DNA of 64,000 nt, taken from contig NW_024704742.1 of the NCBI RefSeq assembly GCF_018977255.1, positions 18,168,001 through 18,232,000 on the forward strand, written 5' to 3'. Below are positions 1 to 10,590 of the stretch, one piece after another. The position numbers and the translations under genes are program-made. The notes beneath the pieces were generated by a model. It ran no database searches. It was not told the origin of the DNA and saw only the letters and a program-made list of their open reading frames with translations. The stretch comes from Callorhinchus milii (lineage: Eukaryota). Positions within the stretch are counted from its first letter, which is position 1, and each line of letters opens with the position of its first letter.

Positions 1-1591
1 TTGTTGTTGTTGTTAATGGTACTGAGGCTACAGAAGAATGCAAAGTAAAGCCAAAAGATTTCAGGCACGCCTCTTGATGTTCATTCCAATGATAGTTTTA
101 GTTATAACCCTTCATACTTGCAGATATAGAAAAAGAGAAACTTACTATAATGCAAATATTGGTACAAGCACCTCCTCAGGGTATATTATGTCAGAGTGGA
201 TTAAACAAAACATAACCTTTCATCTCTCTTACCTAGCTTTGAATCCAGTACACAAGAATGAGATGATAGTCTCCTATCTGTGATGGTTGTCAGAGCCCCT
301 GGTGAGATTGTCAATCTCAGTGTGGATTCCAGATCACTTTTTCTGTCCTCCCTCTAGCAGTTGACACAGTAAAGACTGATTGAAACTTACCCCATAGAAG
401 AGTTCAGAGTCCAGCCTTGTAGATATCAAACGCCTTTAACATCACAATGTTTTATTCCAGGGCTTTGTATTACTTTATTATTTTGTTAGTTATCTGTCTG
501 CTTAGAGCACAACCAAGTGATTTTGTTTACAGTTGTTTTTTTGTTTTTTGATGCGTTCTGAAGCAGGTATTTCCACTATGATATATATCCATTATTCAAT
601 AATGTTGTTGTAATTACCTATTTATAACCAAACATGTCTGGCTATTTAGAGGGCAATTTACTTTACTCTTTAACTAACTTAGATTTGTGGATGATTGACA
701 TCTCAGTTAAAAGGTTACTATTCCATATTTCAAATAAACTGAAATGCCTTTTTCAAGTAACAGATATTTGTTTAGTTGTTGATATTGTTAAAACATGTTT
801 CACTTCAATTTACTAGCTTGTGTCTCTTCCTTTCCATTTCAATGTATTTCTTTCCAGATTCCCAAAGCTACTGACACCTTTATGCTCTTTGCTGCAGAGC
901 TTCTTATAGTTTGATCCAAAAATTTACATCAAATCATAATTATATATTCCTGTATATTGTTTAACATTTCACCATTGCTGCCTACTGTTTTTTCTTTTTA
1001 TTACTTTAATTTTAACTAGGTTTCTAATCTTTAGCTATCTCCATTCCTATTTCCCCCAATACATTGTGACAGCCTCAGATAAGATCACGCTCCCACTTAC
1101 AAGAGTTATTCTCCTTAACAGTGACCATGCCTGACCTTGGATTTTAAGTTCTCTTCAATCCCCTTGGCAAATGCTCTCATAGTGTCTGAGGTCACGGGTG
1201 AGTGATTGCTTCAATAAGCTGTCACATTTCATTCTGGGATCAGTAGAACTAGTGTTACCTTATGCTTAAGTAGCCAAACCATTCTAACAAGTCAATTACA
1301 CACACACTACATATTTTTTTCTTATAACATCTTTATTTGCTTACTTAATTCGGAAAAAGAAGTGTTTTTTTCTTTTTCATTTTGTGTGTTAGCAACAACA
1401 TCACCAAGCTCATACATAACGGATAAGACCTGGATATATTGGTACAGCAATATTGGTAGATTATAGAATGAATATCTAGTCACTTATAATCTCCACATCG
1501 GTTAGTACCTCGAGGATCTCAGGTCTAATCACTCAGTGCCCTGGATTCCAGTATCTTAGCATTTTAGTCCTGACACTGATTTCCCTTGAAT

Positions 1592-2595
1592 CTGCTGCGC
1601 GCAATTGGCTGCGGCGTTTCACCCACAAATATACAACAACAACAACAAGATTGCATTTATAGAGCGCCTTTCATGTCGGGAGGACGTCCCAAGGCGTTGA
1701 ACAGTTGGGTCGGGACCCGAGCAAGGGGGAAATGGTCAGGGTGAGGGGAGGGAAGGGAGGGAGCGAGGAGGGGGTAGAGAGTTGAGAGGGGAGTTGAAGG
1801 CACGGTCAAAGAGAAAGGTCTTGAGACTGGCCTTGAAGGAGGAAAGGGAGGAGGCGGCGAAGGCACTGGGGGATAGAGTTCCAGAGCCGAGGGGCTGAGA
1901 GGCTGAAGGCCCGGCCACTGATGGTAGGGCGGTTGGGGCGGGGGACGTGGAGCAGACCGGAGCCAGAGGAACGGAGGGTACGGGCAGGTAAGTAGGGGGA
2001 TAGTAGGTCAGAGAGGTAGGAGGGAGTAAGGCCGTGAATGGCCTTGTAGGTGAGGATGAGGATCTTTAATTCGATGCTCTGGGGATGGGGAGCCAGTGGA
2101 GGCGAGCGAGAGTGGGAGTGATGTGGTCCCGAAGCCTGGTGCGGGACAGTACACGAGCTGCAGAGTTCTGAATGACCTGCAGCTTGTGGAGGGAGGTGGC
2201 GGGAAGGCCGGTGAGGAGAGAGTTCCCATAGTCCAGCCTTGAGGTGATAAAGGCGTGGACCAGAGTTTCAGCAGCGTGAGGGGTGAGGTAGTGCCGTAGT
2301 CTGACGATGTTCCGGAGGTGATGGAAGACGGTGCCAGTTGTGGCGCGAATATGAGGGAGAAAGGACAGCTCAGGGTCGAACAGAACCCCGAGGTTCCTGA
2401 CTGGCTTTGAGAGGTGGAGAGTGCAGCCTTGGATGCTGATGCTGTCAGCGCCTGAGGTGCGGAGGCGCTGACGCGAGCCAATCAGGATATGCAATCAATT
2501 CACTTATATTCTGTACATTCAAGTATATTCTGTGAAGCGCTTTGAGACATCTCGGAGACGTGATAAGGCCCTATATCAAATGCAAGGATGATTTT
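1592..2595 (+). mobile_element. SINE 3' fragment split by an L2 insertion (SINE parts about 1592-1636 and 2487-2595)
   Basis: 'gctgcgcgcaattggctgcggcgtttcacccacaaatatac' continues after the L2 as 'aatcaattcac...tattctgtgaagcgctttgagacatc...atcaaatgcaaggatga', collinear with the SINE tails elsewhere in the window. Confidence 0.75.
1637..2486 (-). mobile_element. L2-clade LINE, 5'-truncated 3' end (young copy)
   Basis: Minus-strand ORF 2066-2494 'VRNLGVLFDPELSF...HAFITSRLDYGNSLL...LQVIQNSAARVL...LHWLPI' is typical of the L2 ORF2 C-terminus; 3' hairpin and (TTG)n tail at 1637-1700; near-identical to 53345-53803 and 63890-64000. Confidence 0.92.
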
Positions 2596-2849
2596 TGTTA
2601 TAGTGGTCTGTCCTTCCAAGTCCTGCCAATGAGCCAAGCTGGCTGTGCTGTCATCAGTATTGCTTTGGAGAATTGTGGACGCTCCTGGCTCAGCAATCGA
2701 AGACTGTGGAGCCAGTCCCCACATTGGGACTTTGAACGTGTTGTCCAGGCTGACATTCCAATGAGATGCTTAGGGTCCCTCATTGGAGGGCATTGCCGTA
2801 CCTCAGGTGAGACGTTAAACCAAAGTCTTACCTGTACCCCGCCTTGTCT

Positions 2850-3140
2850 AACCCCACCATTGGCGGCCTGGCCTTCAGCCACTCTACCCCCACCCTCCGG
2901 ACCTCCAACCCCCAGTCCCTCCGCTCCGCTCCGCTCTCTCTTGCCTCCTTCAAGACCCTCCCACCACTTTGACCGCGCCTTCGGTCACCCTCCAACCCGC
3001 CCGCCCCCACCCTCCCTGCCCTCCACCACTCCCGATCCCAACCACCAGCTCCGGTGCGGGCGGATCCATGACTGCCCGGCGCCTTGGGACGCACTCCCCA
3101 CGCGAAAGGCGCCACACAAATGTAAGTTGTTGTCGCTATT
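2850..3140 (+). mobile_element. L2 3' end fragment
   Basis: 'ccccaccattggcggcctggccttcagcc...gcgccttgggacgcactccccacgcgaaaggcgcc...tgtaagttgttgt' follows the L2 3'UTR pattern. Confidence 0.75.
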
Positions 3141-3149
3141 TATTATTGG

Positions 3150-4176
3150 TGACTCCCACGGTCGACCGCACAGGCCCCCCGCCTCCCCGTGACGTGTCCG
3201 GGAGGCCAGTCTAGGCCCCTCCCCCCAACTCCGCTATGACATCACTGGGCGTTTCCTCTCCCTCCAACCGCCCGCTTCGATTGGTTCACCGCCACCGAGT
3301 GGACGGAAGCGGATGGCGGATTTGCTGCCGGCTGATTGGCCTGTCCGTCCGTCAATCAGTCAGCGTGAGGCAGCTGGGGTGAAGGCGGGAAGTGGGTGGT
3401 GGGGAGGGAGGGAGGAGGCGGGGGTGGGGGGAAGGTCACCGACGCGACGATACATAGGAGACGGCGGCCGCGCAGAGAGAGAGAGAGAGACGGTGCAGAC
3501 GCTGAGGGAGCAGAAAGGTCAGCTCGACGCGGCTTCGCGGCAAATTCGATTTCTTTTGTTTATTTTTTTTTTGGAGGGAAAAGGGAAGGGGGGGTGACGG
3601 GTTCTTCCTTTTCCTCCGCACGAGAGAGAGAGAGAGACCGTTTAAAAAAAAAAAAAAATTCTCTTTACATTTTTGGAAAGAAGGATATGAGAGATGAATA
3701 AAATGGCCGCGCCGACAATTGCGCGTGTGTGAAAGCCACCTGTTGTTTCCCTCGTGTTCTGTCGCCTTCCCGTGTGTTGCGGGGTCTTTCCCTTTATATA
3801 TATATATACGTATATATATATATATGTCCCTTTTATACATGAAACTCCTCGGTATAAAGCGAGAGGCGAGCGGTTTAAATTGGCCTCGTCGTCATTGTCC
3901 TGAACGTGCAGCAGCGTCGAGTGATGTCGCAGTTGAATTGATTTGGAGATCGTTTCCCTCCTGTTTCTAAGAGCTAACGGCTGTGAGCCAGAGAGCGGCG
4001 GACAGGAAACCACGGGGGGGTCTGTAGGAAAAGGCTGAGCAAAGCCCCTGCCCCCCCCCCCACCCCCCACCTCAGCCCGACCGAGCCTCGGGCCACGCGG
4101 CCGCACTTCTCGCGCCGCTCCCGCCCCGCGCCCAGAGCTCAACAGAGACAGAACACACAGCCGTTTAACTGGCGAC
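3150..4176 (+). promoter_or_regulatory. RBM46: CpG-island promoter / 5' region of RBM46
   Basis: The only CpG-dense non-repeat region in the window; inverted CCAAT boxes (ATTGG 3280-3284, CTGATTGGC 3332-3340), ETS CGGAAG 3304-3309, E2F-type GGCGGGAA 3384-3391, CRE-like TGACGTG 3190-3196 and TGACATCA 3237-3244, YY1-like AAAATGGCCGC 3700-3710; lies ~4 kb upstream of the ATG exon. Confidence 0.75.
3440..3517 (+). other. RBM46: Putative non-coding exon 1 of RBM46 (start uncertain)
   Basis: Candidate donor AAG|GTCAGC after 3517, downstream of the promoter motif cluster; the ATG exon has its own acceptor at 7681-7682, so an upstream UTR exon is required. Confidence 0.45.
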
Positions 4177-4878
4177 CCCACACCCTGTACACACCCACCC
4201 CACTGTGTACACACCCTGTACACACCCACCCCACTGTGTACACACCCTGTACACACCCACCCCACTGTGTACACACCCTGTACACACCCACCCCACTGTG
4301 TACACACCCTGTACACACCCACCCCACTGTGTACACACCCTGTACACACCCACCCCACTGTGTACACACCCTGTACACACCCACCCCACTGTGTACACAC
4401 CCTGTACACACCCACCCCACTGTGTACACACCCTGTACACACCCACCCCACTGTGTACACACCCTGTACACACCCACCCCACTGTGTACACACCCTGTAC
4501 ACACCCACCCCACTGTGTACACACCCTGTACACACCCACCCCACTGTGTACACACCCACCCCACTGTGTACACACCCTGTACACACCCCACACCCTGTAC
4601 ACACCCACCCCACTGTGTGTACACACCCACCCCACTGTGTACACACCCTGTACACACCCACCCCACTGTGTGTACACACCCCACACCTTGTACACACCCA
4701 CCCCACTGTGTGTACACACCCACACCTGTACACACCCACCCACTATGTGTACACCCCACACCCTGTACACACCCACACTATGTGTACACCCCACACCCGT
4801 ACACACCCCACTGTATACACACCACACCCTGTACACACCCACCCCACTGTGTATACACATCACACCCCGTACACCCCA

Positions 4879-5200
4879 GAGTCCTGTAGCTCAGTGGTTA
4901 GAGCACTCGTTTTGCAAGTGAGAGACCTGAGTTCAATTCCCGGCAGAGGGCGAAACCTTGGGCAAGTTTCCTTACTCCACACAGAGCCTAATAATAATCC
5001 CTCCAAAACAAAACAATAATAAATTGGTCATTTTCGATCTACAACTGTTTGTGGGACATTGCTGTGCGCAATTGGCTGCCGCGTTCGCCCACAAATATAC
5101 AGTCAATTCACTTTACAGTGTGTTCTGTGAAGCGCTTTGGGACGTCCTCCCGACGTGAAAAGCGCTATATCAAATGCAAGGATTATTATTATTATTATTA
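4879..5200 (+). mobile_element. Full-length young tRNA-derived SINE (short form) with L2-type tail
   Basis: A box 'tagctcagtggttagag', B box 'gagttcaattcc', body, 3' hairpin 'agcgctttgggacgtcctcccgacgtgaaaagcgct', (ATT)n tail; many near-identical copies in the window. Confidence 0.93.
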
Positions 5201-5889
5201 CACACCCACCCCACTGCATGCACACCACACCCTGTACACACCCACCCCACCGTGTATACACACCACACCCTGTACACGCCCACCCCACTGTGTATACACA
5301 CCACACCCTGTACACACCCACCCCACTGTGTATACACACCACACCCTGTACACACCAACCCCACTGTGTATACACACCTCACTGTGTATACACACCACAC
5401 CCTGTACACACCCAGCCCACTGTGTATACCCACCACACCCTGTACATGCCCATGCCACTGTGTATACACCCCGTACCCTGTACACACCCACCCCACTGTA
5501 TATACGCACCACACCCTGTACACACCCACCCCACTGTGTATACGCATGGCATCCTGTACACACCCACCGCACTGTATACGCACCGAACCCTGTACACACC
5601 CAACCCACTGTGTATACGCACCACACCCTGTACACACTCACCCCACTGTGTATACACACCACCCTGTACACACCCACCCCACTGTATACGCACTGCACCC
5701 TGTACACACCCACCCCACTGTGTATACGCACCGCACCCTGTACACACCCACCCCACTGTGTATACACACCACACCCTGTACACACTCACCCCACTGTGTA
5801 TACGCATGGCATCCTGTACACACCCACCCACTGTGTATACGCACTGCACCGTGTACACACCCACCCCACTGTGTATACACACCACACCC

Positions 5890-6383
5890 GTGCAGCGTAG
5901 CTTTACTAGGTTAGTACCAGGGATGAAGGGGATGAGTTACGAGGATAGGCTGACCAATTTGGGCCTATATTCTCTAGAATATAGAAGAATTAGTGGGGAT
6001 CTTATAGAAACCTATAAGATCATCAAAGGGCATGATAGAGTAGATAGTGGGAGATTGTTTCCCCTGGTTCGAGAAACTAAAACCAGGGGTCACAACCTTA
6101 AAATCAGAGGCAGCCCTTTCGCACTGAGTTGAGGAAGAACTTCTTCACTCAAAGGGTAGTGAATGTAAGGAACTCACTACCCCAAAGGGCTGTTGACGCT
6201 CAGTCCTTGAACATATTCAAGACTGAGTTAGATAGATTTCTTATTGCAAAAGGGATTAAGGGATATGGGGATAAGGCAGGGTTATGGTATTAGCTGGAGT
6301 TAGATTAGAAGATCAGCCATGATTGAATGGCGGGGCAGGCTCGAAGGGCCGAATGGCCTACTCCTGCTCCTACATGTTATGTT
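5890..6383 (+). mobile_element. CR1-clade LINE 3' end (family with '...gaagatcagccatgattgaatggcggggcaggctcgaagggccgaatggcctactcctgctcct' 3'UTR)
   Basis: Peptide 'VQRSFTRLVPGMKGMSYEDRL...LGLYSLEYRR..GDLIETYKII...TRGHNLKI' is the CR1 ORF2 C-terminus; short (ATGTT)n tail. Confidence 0.92.
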
Positions 6384-7703
6384 ACACCCTGTACACACAC
6401 TCCACTGTATACACACCACACCCTATACCCATACACCACCGTATACACACCACACCCTGCACACACCCACCCCACTGTACACACACTGCACCCTGTACAC
6501 ACACCACTGTGTACACACACCACACCCTGTACACATTACACACAAACCCACTGTGCAAACACACACCAAAGTGTATACACCCCATATACTGTACATCCTG
6601 TACACACATATCATGTATGTACATACCCAGTAAGCAGTGTACACTCCCCCACTGTATACCACCACAGTATGCACACACTGTGTACATATGTACAACCTGT
6701 ACATAATGTATACACCACCACACTCTACACACAGTGTATTCACATCGTGTACACACCTCTACACTCTCACAGTGTACGCATCCTGAAAACACAGCCACTT
6801 TGTACGCAAGTGTACACACACACCACAGTGTATACCCCCCACCTCACACACAGTATACGCACACACACCACAATGTACACACACAGTGTATATACTTTGT
6901 ACATACTGTTTTTGTTCACGTGGAAGTTACCAGGCATGAGAACGTTACTCTTGAGAAATGGAGGAATGCTCTTTTCTCTCTGACTAAAGTATATTTTAAA
7001 GAAATCAGGCTGAGTAATTGCTTTTTCGGTACTTTTTTATTTTCCTTAAATATAAAAGACAAATAAAAATGGGTCAGGGCACGGGAAGGATGTTTTCAAA
7101 CACTGCTGCTATTATGCTTGCCTACAAGAAATACACAATGACTTCTATATTTTACAGTATATCTTGCGAAGCGCTTTGAGACATGAAAGGTGCTTTATCA
7201 AATGCAAGGATTATTATTTTGTTTATGGATGTGAATGTGTAACTTGATTAGTTGTATGATTTTAAGAGTTAAAAGAGTAATGCTGATATAAAAGAGTAAA
7301 GTAATGTTCAGTCAACTGCAAACAGTTTACTACAATTCAGTTGATTGGTGCAGTATAGTACAGCAAAACACCAGATAACTTGTGACTTCAGGATAAAAGG
7401 GCTAAGTGACGAATTATCTGCAGTTAAGCATGTGCATAAATACGTAAATTAATGCAGCTGAGATATTGACAGCATGATGACTGAAATGGTAGTGACATGT
7501 TAAACCAAGCTGAACTTATCAAGAATTTACAGTAACTACTTTCTAATAGTCTGAAAATAGATGAGAAATATCTGTTATTTTCAATATACTTGATATCACG
7601 TCATGGCTATAATGAATAGTGGTGCAGAAATATATAGAAAAACTATTCTGAAAACCCATTTTGTCTTGGGTTTTTAATATAGATTTGAGTACTCCCTGTG
7701 ATC

Positions 7704-7854
7704 ATGACAGCAGAAAACCTAGACGTGACAAATGGGTCCAATAAACTTGGATCAGCGAACCAGAATGAAGCAGCATTGCTTGCTCTGATGGACCAGACTG
7801 GCTACACCATGATACAAGAAAACGGACAAAGAAAGTTTGGTGGACCACCACCAG
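7704..7854 (+). CDS. RBM46: RBM46 first coding exon (exon begins 7683)
   Basis: [50 protein letters not shown](G) matches the RBM46 N-terminus; acceptor AG at 7681-7682, ATG at 7704, donor GTAAGA at 7855; 151 coding nt. Confidence 0.96.
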
Positions 7855-8324
7855 GTAAGAGCATCATATTAAAGAAATGCAAATGTTAGAAGGTAGACCA
7901 TCCTCACAGCTCCTTTTTCTTCCTTTACTTCGTCACATACAAGGCATCCACAAGTTCTTGTAAGATGCAATGTCCACAGCCTTCAGTACAGTCTAGGAAA
8001 CTGGCATGCTAACTTGAAAGCCAGGAAAAATGTACATTTGTAAATATTTCAAAATAATCATTTTATACTCTATTTTATTTGATTCACGTATAATAACATT
8101 CCAAATCAAGATGAATAATTAAATATTTCTATTTTTACAGGTTGTGAAAAATGGAAATACAATTGAATATCCAGCAATAGATTAATTCATTCAGTAATGT
8201 TTGGATCTTTATGTGGAGAAATGGTAGAAATTATAAGAATTCATTTGAAATTGTATTGTGTCATGAAGTGGGCTAGAGAATACTTTTACCCCCAAGACCT
8301 GGATTTGAATCAAGCCCATACTAG

Positions 8325-8775
8325 TTCTTTAATGAAATAACTAAGAAAATAGATAAATAAAGGTAAGGCTGTGGATGTGATATTCTTATTTTTTCAGAAG
8401 GCTTTTGATAAAATGCTGCGTAGGAGGCTTGTTGAAAAAATGAAGGCAGATGGCATAAGTGGAAACAGCAGCGTGGGTAGAAAGTTGTTTAAAGGATTGG
8501 AAACAGATGACAGGAGTATATGGTTGTTCCTCAGAATGGAGAGATGTAATTTGTGGTGCTCCCTAGTGGTCTGGCATGTATTAGGATCAGACACTGTTAT
8601 TTTCCATTTATAAATATTGTGGATTCTGCTGTAAGAGGCACAATTCCTAAGTTTGCAGATGACAAAAATAGGGAGTGTATCTAACAGTGAAGAATATTGT
8701 ATGCAACATCAGGTGGACATAGAGAGGTTAGCTGATTGGACAGAGAAATAGCAAATGAAATTTAATGCAAATAAC
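8325..8775 (+). mobile_element. Degraded CR1 RT-domain fragment
   Basis: 'VDVIFLFFQKAFDKM' (cf. VDVIYLDFQKAFDKV) and 'aagtttgcagatgac' (KFADD), then the 'QMKFN' motif. Confidence 0.8.
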
Positions 8776-10080
8776 AACTTGCATCTATGTAGTGCCCTTC
8801 ATGGAGTGCACAACAGCAGCGTGGCCTTGACCCAAAGCCGGTGTGGAGGGGGGGAGGTGGCCGATGACTGAAGGAATGGTCAGAGGAAAATTTTCAGGTG
8901 TGATCATGGGCAGAGAGCGATTGAGGCAAAGAGTTTCAGAGATTCTGGGTATAGTGTCTGAAAGCATGGCTCCAATTTGTGGGGACAAGATACGTGCAGC
9001 AGATCTGTGCCGATTGAAACAAAAGCAGTGGGGTGTGAGCAGATCAGAGAAGTAGGGAAGTGCCACTCCGTGAAGTGATTTGAATACAAGAGTGAGGATC
9101 TTGAAATTGAGCCATTTTGAAACAGCGAGGCAGTGGACCCTGGCAAGTACTGGTGTGTGCAGAGCCAAATATGGTTGAGGACACAGACAGCAGAGTTTTG
9201 AATCATTTGAACCTTGTTAATAGTAGGACTAGGGGGATTGGTGAGGAGTGCATTAGAAAAATAGAGGAAGGCAGGTAATGTGGAGGTCGAGGAAGGCAGT
9301 CCTGGTCAGGGCTCAGATGTGGGTTAGGAAGGATAAGTGCGGATTGAACCTTGCGTGTTTGTTTTGGATTTCTGTTGTACCAAATATTATATTTGGTAAT
9401 ATTTGAATGCGTTTGTTCCCTCGTGCATGCGTTTATCACCTCCCGCTTGGATTATTCAAACAGATTTCTCACTGGTCTCCCGAACTCACCATTCACAAGA
9501 TCCAGCTCATTCAAAACTCTGCTGCCCGCATACTGACCTGGACCAAACTTCATATCTACATCTCACCAGTTCTGTCCAGGCTCCACTGGATCCCCATCAC
9601 CGAACGGATAGACTTCAAGATCCTCACACTCGTGTTCAAATCTATTCATTTCCTGGCACTTTCCTACCTCTCCAACCTCCTCACTCCCCAATCCACAAAT
9701 CGGTACTTCCGTTCAACTGGCACCGGCCTCCTACTCGTCCCTCACACCCTCTACTCCACCATCGCAGGTCACGCTTTCAGCCACTCCGCCTCGAAACTCT
9801 GGTACACTCCCTCAATCCCTCCGCCTTGCCCCTCTCTTCCCCTTTTTCAAGTCCCATTTGAAAACCTTCCTCTTTGGCCATACTTACGGCCACCTCTCCC
9901 CCCCCCACCCCCAGCTCGGAGTCAGGCTCCGCCACTGTTAAGTGCTCTGAGGCGCTACCCTGCATGGAGGGCGCTACATAAGTGTAAGTTGTTGTTTATA
10001 ATTTTTTTTAAAAAAGGGATTGAACCTTGCGTCAGGTTTGCTACAGGCTCAGTGAGTCGGAGGGATAGGTATGGAGGATT
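8776..10080 (-). mobile_element. Old L2 fragment interrupted at 9357-10016
   Basis: Minus-strand 'IQNSAV..L...WLNFKILTLVFKSLHG' at 8785-9206; the sequence resumes at 10017-10080 as a collinear L2 segment. Confidence 0.75.
9415..9998 (+). mobile_element. L2 3' end inside an insert flanked by a 16-bp direct repeat
   Basis: 'LVHAFITSRLDYSN' and 'HKIQLIQNSAARILT...LHWIPITERIDFKIL'; tail 'gagggcgctacataagtgtaagttgttgtt'. Confidence 0.88.
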
Positions 10081-10209
10081 AAGAAGTTCTTAACTTCACA
10101 AATGAAAACTGAAAAGATAATCAGCTTTTTATATCAGAAATGGAAAGGTTTTAAAGTTTAAAAAGCATGCTACAATTCTATTCCAGTTATTCAGTGCTAG
10201 TAATGCTTA

Positions 10210-10590
10210 AAATAATAATAATAATCCTTGCATTTGATACAGCGCTTTATCAGTTCTTCTAGATGGCGTCTCGGAGCACTTTATCTGGAGGATTGTTGGC
10301 CAGGACACTCGGAGAACCCTTCAATTTTGAGTAGTGCCACGGGATCTTTAACATCCAACTGAACAGAACAAAGGGACTTTGTTTTAACATCTCATTGGAA
10401 AGACGGCACCTCAGACAAAGGAGCACTTCTCTTAGTAGCCTAGACGGTGGTTACTTAATCCATGGCTGTTTGTGGGACACTGCTGTATGCAATTGGCTGC
10501 TGCGTTTCGCCCACAAAATATACAATCAATTCACTTTACAGTATATTCTATGCAGTGCTTTGAGACGGCTGAAAGACGTGATAAAGACCT
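10210..10590. mobile_element. Two DeuSINE-like fragments in opposite orientation
   Basis: Minus-strand 'ggccaggacac...tagtgccacgggatctttaacatcca' (Deu domain) at 10210-10420; plus-strand SINE tail at 10455-10590. Confidence 0.65.

Larger units (their letters stand above)
4177..6905. repeat. Complex minisatellite: 31-bp unit CCCTGTACACACCCACCCCACTGTGTACACA, becoming a ~38-bp unit and then degenerate; interrupted by a SINE and a CR1
   Basis: Perfect 31-bp tandem copies at ~4183-4555 (ORF starts 4205/4236/4267 differ by 31); ~38-bp variants at 5200-5889; degenerate copies at 6384-6905. Confidence 0.95.

Noticed and set aside
4183..4560. Regular 31-bp repeats as a possible CRISPR array
   Set aside because: The units are directly tandem with no unique spacers, there are no cas genes, and the context is vertebrate.
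4879..4950. tRNA genes at the SINE heads (also 15036, 36119, 58938 and others)
   Set aside because: A and B boxes are present, but the acceptor stem is incomplete and each continues into a shared SINE body and tail.
3642..7066. Many long overlapping ORFs (up to 365 aa) rich in C/V/G/Y/T or H/P/T
   Set aside because: They are translations of a stop-poor minisatellite, open in several frames on both strands; not a gene.
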